Part shown: one piece after another, positions 51,654 through 64,000 of the stretch
Numbering within the stretch: the stretch's first letter is position 1
Layout of the letters: each line of letters starts with the position of its first letter
The notes under the pieces: model-generated
Told to the model about the DNA's origin: nothing
Seen by the model: only the letters and a program-made list of their open reading frames with translations
Database searches by the model: none
Program-made: the position numbers and the translations under genes
Assembly (NCBI RefSeq): GCF_006345805.1
Contig: NC_043006.1
Location: forward strand, 38,626,001-38,690,000
Direction of reading: 5' to 3'
Source of the DNA: Octopus sinensis
Taxonomy: Eukaryota
DNA length: 64,000 nt

Positions 51654-53847
51654 GCATGGACTCAAACCCAAATGAAATGAAATGAAATGAAATTATCAGA
51701 CATCATCATAATTGTCATTATCATCATCATACTGGTCAATGTTACAACCACCAACATCACCTCCACCACCAACAACACCATCTCTAAATTATTTCCTCAT
51801 CCAGATTTCTGACAACTTTTCCATCATCATCATCATCATCATCAATAATTGTCATCATTGCCATTGCCATTACCACCACCACCACCACCACCACCACCAC
51901 TACCGCCACCGTCAGCAGCATTGTCATGATAATTGTCATCATTGTCATTACCACCACCACCGCCACCATCAGCATTCTCATGATAATTGTCATTATTACC
52001 ATTACCACCAACACCATCATCATCACCATCATGAACGTCCACCACTGCCACCACCACCATCACCAACACACATAACAATAACAACAATAACAACAACAAC
52101 AACTGATGCCCAAAAACCTGCAAGAACAAAATGCCAACGATCCCATTGGCCAAAGTCCATCCCAAACATTTCTAATGTTTCCTTAACTCTCCGTTTTAAT
52201 GTTCTGCAGCAAAACCGACTAATTTACAATTAAATTCCTCACTTGCATGTTTGGAACGATTAATTTGTTGTTAGAGGCTTCTAGATAAGGGACAGTTAAT
52301 GCAATGGCTTGAAAAACTGGTCAGTTTGACCAAGATATGATCGTAGGTTATGTATCGGTGGGTGGTTAAGTTGTTTGCTTGCTTCTCATCTATGTAGTTC
52401 CAGTTTCAATCCTAGAGTGCAGCGGTATGCTGAAAAAGGGTCTTTTTCTATAATTTATAGTTGCAACGCTTTGTGAGCAGAATTTGGAAACCTGTCACAT
52501 CATGAGAGTGTGATTAAGAAGATTATTTGGCAACCATATGGTTTGGAGTTCAGTCCCCATCACTTTAGTTACCATTTATTATTCCTATAGTTAAAACATA
52601 CTCTTACCATTGTTTTCCTGAAGATTTTCTTTGAATAAAATATAATGCCATTCATAATTCCATAAGAATTTATTGATCTTCTCATATGGTGCTGGTTTTG
52701 TGTACCTGTCTATTATGTCATTATCTGATGTTCTAAGAGTTCCTAAGATTTTCTACGTGTTTGACGATTGTTTTTCTTCTCCTTCACTTGTTAGATATGA
52801 ATGAATGAATGAATGGAACTATGAATGATTTCATCCCACAAATTAGCTTCTTGTAACAAGATAATACGCAAGAAACCAATCATTTCAATTCCCATTTCAT
52901 TTGGGTGAGTTCACATCATCAGTCAGCAAAGCTTTGTGAGTAGATTTCGTAGACAGAAACTGAAAGAATCCCATCCATTACTGTGTGGTAAGAAGCTTGC
53001 TTCCCAACCTTATGGTTGTGGGTTCAGTCCCAAAGCATGACACCTTGGGAAAGTGTTTTCTACTATTGCCCTGGGCTGACCAATGCCTTGGGAGAGAGAA
53101 GCTGAAAGAATCCCATCCATGGCTATGTGGTAAGAAGCTTGTTTCCCAACCTCATGGTTGCAGGTTCAGTCCCAAAGCTTGGCACCTTGGGCAAGTGTCT
53201 TCTACTATTGCCTTGGGCCAACCAATACCTTGTGAGTGGATTTGGGAGAGTTCTTTTCTTTTGTGATCTAGGCCCGAAATTTTGGGGGAGGGGTCCAGTC
53301 GATTAGATCGACCCCAGTATGCAATTGGTACTTAATTTATCGACCCTGAAAGGATGAAAGGCAAAGTCAACCTTGGCGGAATTTGAACTCAGAACGTAAA
53401 GACAGATGAAATACTGCTAAGCATTTTGCTCGGTGTGCTAACATTTCTTATTTCTTTATTGCCAACAAGGGGCTAAACATAGAGGGGACAAACAAGGACA
53501 GACAAAGAGATTAAGTCGATTACATCGACCCCAGTGCATAACTGGTACTTAATTTATCAACACTGAGAGGATGAAAGGTAAAGTTGACCTCGGCAGAAAT
53601 TGAACTCAAAACGTAATGGCAGATGACTTGTACCTCAGAGGGGATCTTTCTAGGTGCAATCCCATGGTCATTCATGACCAAAGGGGCTTCATACCCTTTG
53701 CCCTTTACTTGGAAACAGATAAGGGCCGGTGATAGGAAGGGCATCTGGCCATAGAAAATCTTCCTCAGCAACCCAAGGAAAAACATGGAAAGGTGGACGT
53801 TATGATTTATGATGACGACAACAGCGATAATGACAATGACGACACCA

Positions 53848-53889
<42 letters not shown>

Positions 53890-54934
53890 GTGGTAGTGAT
53901 GATGATGAAGATGATGATCATCATAATGATGATAATAATGCTGATGATGATGGTGATGATGATGATGATGATGAAGATGGTGATGATGATAATGATGATG
54001 ATGAAAATAATGCTGATGAAGATGGTGATGATGATGGTGGGGATGATGATAATGATGATGATGATGATGATGCTTTTAGAGGCAATATATTCTACAAGCA
54101 GAAAATGTCTATTTATAACAATGTAGACCGAATGTATTTTAAGCGAAGTGTTTTCGGTTATAAAGCTAATGTAAAAATGCTGGCGACAGACTACAAACTA
54201 CCAACCACTTGGCAGGTTGTGTAATATCCTAATAACTTATGATTTGTCGATGATATCCATGATTCATTGCATAAAAATTGCTGAGTGAAATAAAAAGGTA
54301 TAAAGATCACGGAATTTATTTTTCAAAAATCTTTTAAGAAAAATGAAGCAAAAATTTAAAACAAAAACCATTACAGTGTTATAATTCTTGTTTGTTTTTG
54401 TTCATTTTGTTTAGGTATTTTATTCTTTTAAATTCTGTATTTGAAGTGTGAAAATAAAAAAAAAATGCATAACATGGTTTCAAATGTAAAAAAAAAAAAA
54501 ACTAAATAAAATATGATAAATAGAAGTAAATTAATAAAAAGAAGAAATGTGTGTAAAATTAAATAAATATCAAAACGAAATAAATAAATCTAATGTGGAA
54601 ACAAGCAAACTAAACTGTAAAGATCGATGAATTAAGATCAGTTCATTAGGAGAGTTCAATTATCTTTATTGATCACGAGTAGGAAACCTTGCTGTCAGCA
54701 TTCTGACTTGATTTTCATGAACACTTTGGATATTTACAAGAGTTCCATGGTTATATGCTTTCCATTTTTATTTTATCTATTTATTTTTTGTTATGTATGT
54801 GTGTGTGTGTGTGTGTGATAAAAATTTCATTATTTTGTCTTACCCTGGAGCAAAGTTTTCATAAATGATGGCTGATAGTACAAGAGTTTCATGAACAGCA
54901 GCAATTTCAGGGACATTTAGAGGCGGTGGGGACC

Positions 54935-54991
<57 letters not shown>

Positions 54992-55869
54992 TACTACTAC
55001 TAGTCGTAGTATTATTTTTATTTTTATCACTATTGTTATTATCATTATTATTATTAATAAATAATATTAAATAAAGAAAATTTTTTCAAAGTGTGGTGCA
55101 AAAAAAAAGGAAAAAGTGTTTTTAGAGTCATAACTTATTGCTAGTGGAATAAGATGTCATGAAGGAAAGCTATTACTTGGTTGTTTCTTTCTTTCTTTTT
55201 ATGTTTGGAAAAAGACAAAAAGAAAAAAAAAAACAACATCATTTTAGACATTTTCTAAACTTTTAAAATCCTAAACTGTTTATTTTTGGATAGGTTTCCT
55301 TCTTTATAAATCCACATTCTTCTCTGTTTTCAAGAATTTACCTCCTCTTCCTCCTCCTCCTCCTCATCATCATCATCATCAACACCACCACCACCACCAC
55401 CACCACCATTGTTATCACTGTCATCATCATGATGACCACCACCATTGTTATCACCGTCATCATCATCATGACCACCACCACCACTACCACCTTCACCACA
55501 CTACCACCACCACCACCACCACCACCATCATTATCAGCACCACCACTGCCATCATTGCCATCATCACCACCATCACCACCATCATCATCGTTGTTGTCAT
55601 TGCCTTCATGATAATCATTGTTATTGCTGTTGTCAACATCATATTTAAAAATTGCACCGCTGTCATCGTTATTATTGTCGTCATCGTTTGTTGCTGTTGG
55701 CAGCATCTCCTGCATATCCCATAATCATTTTCTTGGTCTCTTTTATTCTTCATCTTTTGTATTCCCTCCCCAGTACTCTTGCTAACATGCTTCCTTCCTC
55801 ATTGGCCGGCAGAACTGACACCTCACATTTTCAACAACAACTTTCAACATTTCAGAGTAATTCAACATA

Positions 55870-56085
55870 TAAGGGGGTGCTAAAAGTTCTTGGCCTTGGG
55901 TTAAAGAAAATACAGGAAGATCAATTAATTATGATTTTATTCAACATATTCCCCTCTCAGATTCACTCACTTATTGCAGCGGTCCTTCAGTTTTTCTAAG
56001 CCCTGCAAAAGAAGTCAGAAGGTTGGGCCTTCAACCGAGCCTTTTGAAGCACCCTTAAAGCCAGGAACTTTTCAGCATCCTCTCA
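55870..56085. mobile_element. Mariner-type MITE
   Basis: TIRs aagggggtgctaaaagttcttggcctt / aaagccaggaacttttcagcatcctctc; TA at the left end. Confidence 0.75.
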
Positions 56086-56551
56086 CACTTCTTCTTTTTC
56101 TAGGAAGACAACATAAGCGAATCTAAAGATTCATTCCTCAGTGATGGCACAATTTCTTTCTTGAATACATTTTTTGTAAGATTCTCATGGTTTTTGTTTC
56201 AAGAACAACCTACTCTCCAAGCAAGGCAGGAGCTGTATCAGCTGTCAAGAAATACAAATGCATAGAAGCATATCTTTGACTTTTTTTGCAGACTACATCT
56301 GCTAACATTTTTACATAATTCTGAGCTCCCAGAAACAGCTGTTGGACCTATAATGCCATACCTTCTCCCCTTAATGTCTTTTGCATTTGTACTCAGTGTA
56401 TTTCTGCTTTGTAAATAATATAAATCTCTACATTTTCGATATTTATGCATGAATGTTCATTGCCTAAATATTTCCAATTTTTGTTTTCTTTCTATTTACA
56501 TGTAAATATATATCTAGCCCAAGCAGTTTTATTTGTTTATTGGCATCACTA

Positions 56552-56584
<33 letters not shown>

Positions 56585-56891
56585 ATACATATATATATAT
56601 ATATATATATGCATATAAGGGTGCAGGATGTCATCAACAGTAAACAACATGAAATACGAAAACAGATGAGTTAAAAACGTAAACGGCGAGAGTAAATAAA
56701 TGGAAAACAGGACTAGTACAAAGAATTCAATGAATGACCTTTCATCAGTTGCATATATATATATATATATATATATACATACATATATATATATATGTAT
56801 ATTATATATATATGTGTGTATATATGTACATATATATGTGTGTGTGTGTGTATATATATATGTGTGTGTGTGTGTATGTATATACATATAT

Positions 56892-56926
<35 letters not shown>

Positions 56927-57050
56927 CAGGTAGCTGTTATGGAACGAAATATGGCAACTGCTCTTTATAATGTGTGTATATATATATATGTACAGTTTAC
57001 TTTATATATATACATATAATCAAAATAAGGAACAAGATATCAAGAAGTGA

Positions 57051-57136
57051 TGCAGTACGACTGTTTCATGTGGCTCCATTTAATTGAACAATGCAATCAT
57101 TACATCAATTTAAATGCAGCGCTTTCATCAGCTGCA
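57051..57136 (-). ncRNA. Type I hammerhead motif, family C, with a long stem II
   Basis: Reverse complement TGCAG-CTGATGA-[about 57-nt hairpin GCTGCATTTAAATTGA..TCAATTAAATGGAGC]-GAAA-C AGTC G-TA-CTGCA; GUA cleavage triplet. Confidence 0.65.
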
Positions 57137-57881
57137 CAACTAAATAGAATTTTAATCAGTCGGACACATTAATATAATTTCACTCAAATACTTTAACAAA
57201 GTAAGGTGATGGAAGAAATCCACGTTGTCACTATTATAGCTAAGAATATACTACACTTCCAAGAAAAGCATGAAGCTTTCATTGCCTGTAAAAAATTGTG
57301 GTTCATTTCTAATTTATTTGTCTTTTTATCAACTACTAAAGCTAAGAGTAGAGGACTGTGCCTCTTTGGAATTAAGGGCAAGAGTGAGTGGACAGCTCAT
57401 GGCTAGGTATGGTCATAAATATTGTCAAGATATTAAGAGTAGTAAACTGGGTATAAAGTAACTGTCTATAAAGGAGGCTAGATAGAAGAAGATCCTAAAT
57501 CATGATGTTAATTACCAGTTAAAGGGGCAAGATACTAATAAAACCTAAGATGTTAATATATATGTTTGGAGGGATATACTATCTGGGTGGATACTGTATC
57601 AGTTCTCATTCAAGTTCTAGTTAATGGCTAACCACAATGATCACTGTTTAACTTCTGTGATGACAATTAAATGTTAGTCACTCTATGAATTCTTCTGATG
57701 CGTTATTCTGTGTATGCTTTGCTGGAGGGTAAAAATTCCCTGGTGTATGTATGCAAAAGTGAGTAGTGATTACAGTAGAAACACGTGTAGGTCATTATAA
57801 TATGCTGTTTATGATTATAAAATAAATTTTGTGGATGTACAAGTCTCCATACTCTTTATATATATTAATCATTATATATAT

Positions 57882-57925
<44 letters not shown>

Positions 57926-57984
57926 ATAAAAATGGTAAGACAACAAAAGAATGAAAGAGACCTCAATATTATGTAAATAGAGGA

Positions 57985-58229
57985 ATATATCTGTAAATGT
58001 AATATGTGACAATTATTTGGTAGCCATGATAAAACTCTGAGTTTCGGATGCCAAGGTGGAAAACCACACCGCCATCTCTTCAGTTATCTGGCCATCGGAG
58101 AAATACAATATATTATGGCTGGATAACTCAAGAGATGGCGGCGGGGTTTTCCACCTCGGCATCCGCAACTCGAAGTTTTATCATGGCTACCAAATAATTG
58201 TCAGTCACATATTACATTTACAGATATAT
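57985..58229. mobile_element. Foldback of two inverted family-D HHR units with a spacer of about 24 nt
   Basis: 57985-58093 and 58117-58229 are reverse complements with a few mismatches and indels. Confidence 0.85.
58024..58091 (-). ncRNA. Type I hammerhead motif, family D, core intact
   Basis: Reverse complement CCAGATAA-CTGAAGA-GATGGCGGTGTGG tttt CCACCTTGGCATC c-GAAA-CTC a GAG-TT-TTATC a TGG. Confidence 0.7.
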
Positions 58230-58266
58230 ATATCTGAATGTATGTGTATATATCTGTGTGTGTGTG

Positions 58267-58320
<54 letters not shown>

Positions 58321-58580
58321 GGATAAGATATATGCATGTGTTTGTTTGTGTGCATGTTTTACTGTTTCCTTGCCTTGACATTGTGTGTAAAAAGAGTGTT
58401 AATGTAATGTCTATTTTGAGACTTGTTCTTAGTCTGGTCGTGCAAAAATATAACTTTATTTGGAAACAGATTAAGGTTAGCAACAGGAAACGCATCCTGC
58501 TGTAGAAAAACTACATCAGCAAAAATTCTGTCCAATCCATGCAAGTATGGAAAACTGGACATTAAAAGAACGATGATGGT

Positions 58581-58628
<48 letters not shown>

Positions 58629-58693
58629 CAACAAAAAATTGATACAACAGAGGTAACTACTAAGTTGAATAACATGCACACACAGACATGCAT

Positions 58694-58731
<38 letters not shown>

Positions 58732-59535
58732 CACACATTTGCACACATACACATGCATAAACATAAAGAAGAATGCTCATGGAAAAATTCCCTGCAAAAG
58801 AAAGATACAAGAGAAGATATAAAACAATACAAATAAAAGGCAAAGCTGAAAGCCACATTCCCTACTTGGAAATGAAAAACCCTGAAAGTACCTCTTCAAA
58901 GACAAGTTAGTCAGTGGCTTTCATAAAAGCTATACAATGCTAATGTATTTATTTATGTAAAGCATTCATTTTATTGCAAGCACAACTGATTCACTTACAG
59001 AAGCAAAATATGCAATCCTAATGAATACAGTAAAATGCACAGCAATGGCATTAAGTGCGTAATATTGCACAATACTGTTGTGTGCACACGTGCTTTATTG
59101 GTAGTGAATAGGTAAGAAAAACAAGGCTTCTCTGAGTGTGTGTGAGGTACAGATTTTTATAAATAAATATAGTAAAATGGTGTAAGCATTCCAAAAAAAA
59201 AAACCCCACTAGTCTTCTTCATTGTGATATGTGAACTATAAATTATTTATAAATATAAGTATATGAATGTACACTTGCATCTATCTATCTATATTGTGTA
59301 TATATATATATGTGTGTATGTATGTATGTATATTCAAAACACTGCTAACGCTCATCCATGTGAAAGTAAACACAATATTCTCTTTATTAAGTGCTTATAT
59401 AGCTGAAGTTATACATTATGCATCCAGCCAACCATATACATACATACAGACACACAAATATCAATGTGTGTGTGTGTGTATACACATATCGGTATACACA
59501 CATATATATACACACACATATATATACACATATAC

Positions 59536-59576
<41 letters not shown>

Positions 59577-59733
59577 TATATATGCATACATACATACATG
59601 TATATATGCATATATACACATACATACATACTTATATATATATATATATATATACATAAATATATACAAACACATATATGTACATATATACATATATATA
59701 TATATATATGCATACATACATACATACATATAT

Positions 59734-59782
<49 letters not shown>

Positions 59783-61496
59783 ACATATATATATACACAC
59801 ACATATAAATTTGTACATATCTATACACACACATACACAAGAGTTGTATGAAAAGTACTGCTAAAAGGAGTAAATGTTTTATTAACCAATACAGGTCATT
59901 CCAATTGTACATGTTGGTGGAGTAAATCTTCCTCTTTGCTGTTACTAACCAACACGTGCTCTGTTTGTGGCCGCATTGATTGATTGCAATCAATGCTTGA
60001 ATCCTCTTTGCAAAAACAGGATACTGTTGTATTCACTTCTTCGCAGTCACATTCACCTCTTGTCACTAAAGACTGTCCTTTGTTAGACAGAGTAGTTGGA
60101 AGTTGAAGGGCACCATACCTCTGGATTGTATGGTGAATGAGTGACCATTGATCAGCCCAACTTACCAATTACCTGATTTGTTGCTAAAGGTATGGGTGTC
60201 GTCATGCATTGTTATGGTTAATTGGAATTGTTTAAAGAGCCCTGTTTAGTCTCTTCCTCCAACTGGGATGTCGAAGCTTTTTTGAGTAAACAAACGGGGA
60301 TAAAAGCTTATAGGAGATAAAGAAATATTGGGAAGATGGGCTGATTAGATTTCAGAACGTAAACAACTATCAGAACCCTATCAAATCCAGGTATACTGAA
60401 TGTAGAAGAATTGTCAAATGGTAATGACTATTAATGACTATCTACTTATGTGAGGCGAAGTTTAAGTCACAATAAGGTTCCTGAAAGAGGGAAGGAAAAA
60501 AAATCAATAGAAGTTGACAACATCCCTGCTGAGCTGCTGAACCACAGATGAAAGGCCACAATCTGCAACAGTATACACACACACACACACATTTAGATGG
60601 ATCTTTATATCAAATTGGAGATATTTACATAAGAACATTCTAAAATACTGGCTCAAACCATCTTAGGGAATAAACAGCAGTGTTATATAAGATTGATAGA
60701 GTGCCCCTTTGAAAAATCCATACACAATTTCCAGAAGCAAAACAACACTACACTGCCTAAACACAAATGGTCACTGAAGGAGTAGATCACAGACTATGTT
60801 ACAAAATGGAGGCCTTAAGGACATGCAATCCTCAACCTGCTGAACACAAATTACAGAAGAAGATTAAGTAGTAAAGAAACAGATACTTAAGAGCTGCCTC
60901 ATGCCTTGGATGTACATAAATTCCAAACTGGAGACTTTTACACTTTATTTATATGAGTGGAAGTATATTTTAAATACTGATCCAGGCCACTGTAAGAAAA
61001 TTGACATTTCTGATTCCTCTCTTTCCTCAATGCTTCTCACAGCAGACAATCTATTCGGATGTTCATCCATTTAATGTTTCTGTCCTCTAATCTTTTTTAT
61101 TCCTTCTTTCCTTCCTTCATCTTTTTGTCGCTTCTCCTTAATCCATTGCTTTCTTATCTTTCCCAGTTTTTTGGCGTAAATTCCTTGACTTATAATTTTC
61201 CATCTTCTTTTAGATTTCTACACTGTTTTTTTTTTCCCTGGTGAGAGAAATAATTCTTTGATTCTCAAGCATGAGTTAACAGCTTTGTATTATTAGATCT
61301 TAATGACTTTGTCCTTTATATATAAAAGAAATATAATTTTTTTACTGACTTAAAAGGATTTGTGCAATTTGACAGTTTATACTTTATACCCAATATTAAG
61401 TTCATCTGATGAGTGTAGGGTATCATTTCTTCAGTAAACTCAATGGCATGACCATCATGTGTGTGTGTGTGTCTGTGTGTTTGTGTGTGTGTACAT

Positions 61497-61730
61497 GGGC
61501 CTCACGGAGGCTAAGTGGCTGAGTTCCTTTCAAGTGCTGGGCCTCACAAGGGCAAAATAACTGAGTTCCTTTCAAGCGTTGTGCCTCACAGAAGCAAAGT
61601 GGCTTTCCTTTCAAGCAGTGGGCCCTATGGAGGCAAAGTAGCCAAGCTCCTTAAGAGCATTGGGCCTCACAGAGGCAAGATGGCTGAGTTCCTATCGAGT
61701 GTTGGAACTCACAGAGGCAATGACTGAGAC
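61497..61730 (+). repeat. About 42-bp minisatellite (about 6 degenerate copies) at the 5' end of an RTE-tail repeat (61430-62010)
   Basis: GGGCCTCACGGAGGCAAAGTGGCTGAGTTCCTTTCAAGCGTT-like units. Confidence 0.8.
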
Positions 61731-62296
61731 CTCTGGCATTATGTCATGCTTGAGAAGAAGACCCATGAAGTTGAACAAAACTGCAGTCATGGCAGATATC
61801 AGTGTTTACACAAATGGTACCCATGCTGGTGGCATGTAAAAGCACCCATTACACTCTCAAAGTGGTTGGCATTAGGAAGGGCATCTAGCTTTAGAAACCT
61901 TGCCAAATCAGATTGGAGTCTGGTGCAGCCTTCCAGGTTACCAACCCTGGTCAAACCATCCAGCCCATGCCTGCATGGACAACGGGCATTAAATGATGCT
62001 GATGATGATGATGATGATATATATACCTATATATATATAGGTTCACAAATGGAGATGATGGTATAACATTTATTCCATCATTAACAATTGCAATGAGGAA
62101 ATAAATGTAACACTATCATCTCCATTCTTTGACTTACTGTAATATACTCCATGACTAATAAATATGCCTAGAATTTCAGTTTGTTTGGACAATTTCCTTT
62201 AAAAAAAAACTGTCAACATTTATACCTGCTAACACAGCAGGTATTTGCAGAAGTGCTGAGGATACACCTGGTTTTCTAAATCTTTTTTAATCCTAT

Positions 62297-62346
<50 letters not shown>

Positions 62347-63193
62347 CCTACAGATATCAAGTGATTAAATAAATATATTCATTTCTCATACTTCATGACT
62401 TTTAATGGCCTATATATTCCCCGGGAAATAATTTCATCGATTGGATCTCTTGAATATCAGCTGCATGGAACCCTGCATTATACTTCTCCATATTGGATTA
62501 CTGTGTGATATGATAGCTGAGTCCAGCAGAGAAGCTTTCTGTGATTGTTACAAGATTCTATGAATTCATATCGATCCTTCGCGATTTGAGCAATTTAACA
62601 ATAAGTATTCAATTGTATTGAATGTAGGGTTTCATAAGAAAATAGAAGTGGTGGCATTCATGACTTTTTGCAGTCATTAGCAGAAGGAATGGGAAGATTT
62701 CTGCCATTAAAAAAGAAACAAATTGCCATTCATTATGGACGCGTTTCACTAGACGATTAATTCCCATCTGACACCAGATTCATTTTGTGGGTGTATATTT
62801 TATACATGTGTAGATGGGTATTATGATGTATGCATGTAGATAAATGTATTGGGATACAGAAGTAGATATATGTGTATGTGTGAGTGTGTATGTATATCCA
62901 GCTATCTATTTATTTATGTATTTATCTACCTATATCTATATCTATGCATATATATGTATACATATAAACACACACATATATATCCACATATATATATGTA
63001 TACATACATACATAAATAAGTATATATATAAATATATGTACATACACATGCATCCACAAATGCACACACACACACACATATATATAAGTACAGGTACACG
63101 CTCATATATATTTATATATATATATAAATATATGTACACACACATACATACACAAATGCACACACATATATATATAAGTACAAGCACACACTC

Positions 63194-63247
<54 letters not shown>

Positions 63248-63679
63248 GAGAATCCATGTGCAGAGCACTTAAAACAATTTCCAGTATTTTCTGTGGTAAT
63301 TGCTAAGTAGAACAATATGGAAATATGTTGGAACCAAAATCATGTTCCATAGTTTTCTGTTCTTTCTTTTTCTTTATTTCGAGGAGGTTTTAATCTTTTG
63401 ATAATATTGTACCACAGCGCCAGTATTTTCATTGTGTTATGCAGCAGACACTATTATCAACATCCATCAACCACTACCGACACCACCCCTACCGTCGTCT
63501 TTGCCACCCACCCCCATCCCATCGCAGCAAACTGAATTCTCTCTGCAGTAGGGGACACAGTTCTTCACCTGTGCTACTATATATGTTTATCTAGGTTTGT
63601 CAGTCTACTTCACTCTCTCTCTCAAAACTTTATTTCATTCTTTCGCTCCCTCTTTCCCCACCTCACTAGCTCTCTCTCT

Positions 63680-63798
<119 letters not shown>

Positions 63799-64000
63799 TA
63801 TATACACATATATGTATATGTATATATATAACTTGGAAGTAGGAAGATTGATATATATATATACACACACACATATATAATATATATATATATACATACA
63901 CACATATACAAATACGTGTGTGCATATATGCATATACTTTATATCAAGTTGCAGAAATTATGTGTGTGTATGAGTGTGTGTGTGTACGTGTGTATATACT

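Larger units (their letters stand above)
48560..51693 (+). mobile_element. Near-intact CR1-clade LINE, antisense to the host gene, with (AAATG)n tail
   Basis: APE endonuclease plus RT ORF2, followed by a 3' tail of four AAATG units at 51670-51689. The 5' boundary is approximate and there is no clear TSD. Confidence 0.9.

Noticed and set aside
56295-56430. Plus-strand acceptor followed by a hydrophobic 41-codon frame
   Set aside because: No supporting upstream exons; compatible with chance in T-rich DNA.
62400-62780. Complex unique block, possible exon or transposase remnant
   Set aside because: Stops in every frame I translated and no recognisable motif.

Overview
AT-rich, repeat-dense eukaryotic intronic DNA. 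The SINE/LINE repertoire, (AT)n/(AAT)n/(GAT)n microsatellite load and repeat types point to an octopus (coleoid cephalopod) genome; this is an inference from recognised repeat types. The only host gene I can support is on the minus strand: two exons (19165-19309 and 4535-4727) splice in frame across a 14.4-kb intron and encode a laminin-G domain most like the first LamG of pikachurin/EGFLAM (Drosophila SP2353). Most ORFs in the track are microsatellite artefacts or antisense shadows. Mobile DNA includes a nearly intact CR1-clade LINE (48.6-51.7 kb, one frameshift), two full-length decayed maT (DD37D) transposons, a mariner and a Tc1 remnant (36-residue D-to-D/E spacing), R4/Dong and RTE fragments, Helentron-type HINEs, a mariner MITE and many tRNA-derived SINEs. 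The most striking structure, named by no ORF, is a set of short non-coding repeats carrying type I hammerhead ribozyme (HHR) motifs of Penelope/retrozyme type. There are four sequence families and about nine copies. Two are inverted (foldback) pairs, and one family has a tRNA-like Pol III head fused to the HHR unit. No autonomous Penelope ORF is present. A near-perfect 291-bp palindrome lies at 38.6-38.9 kb.
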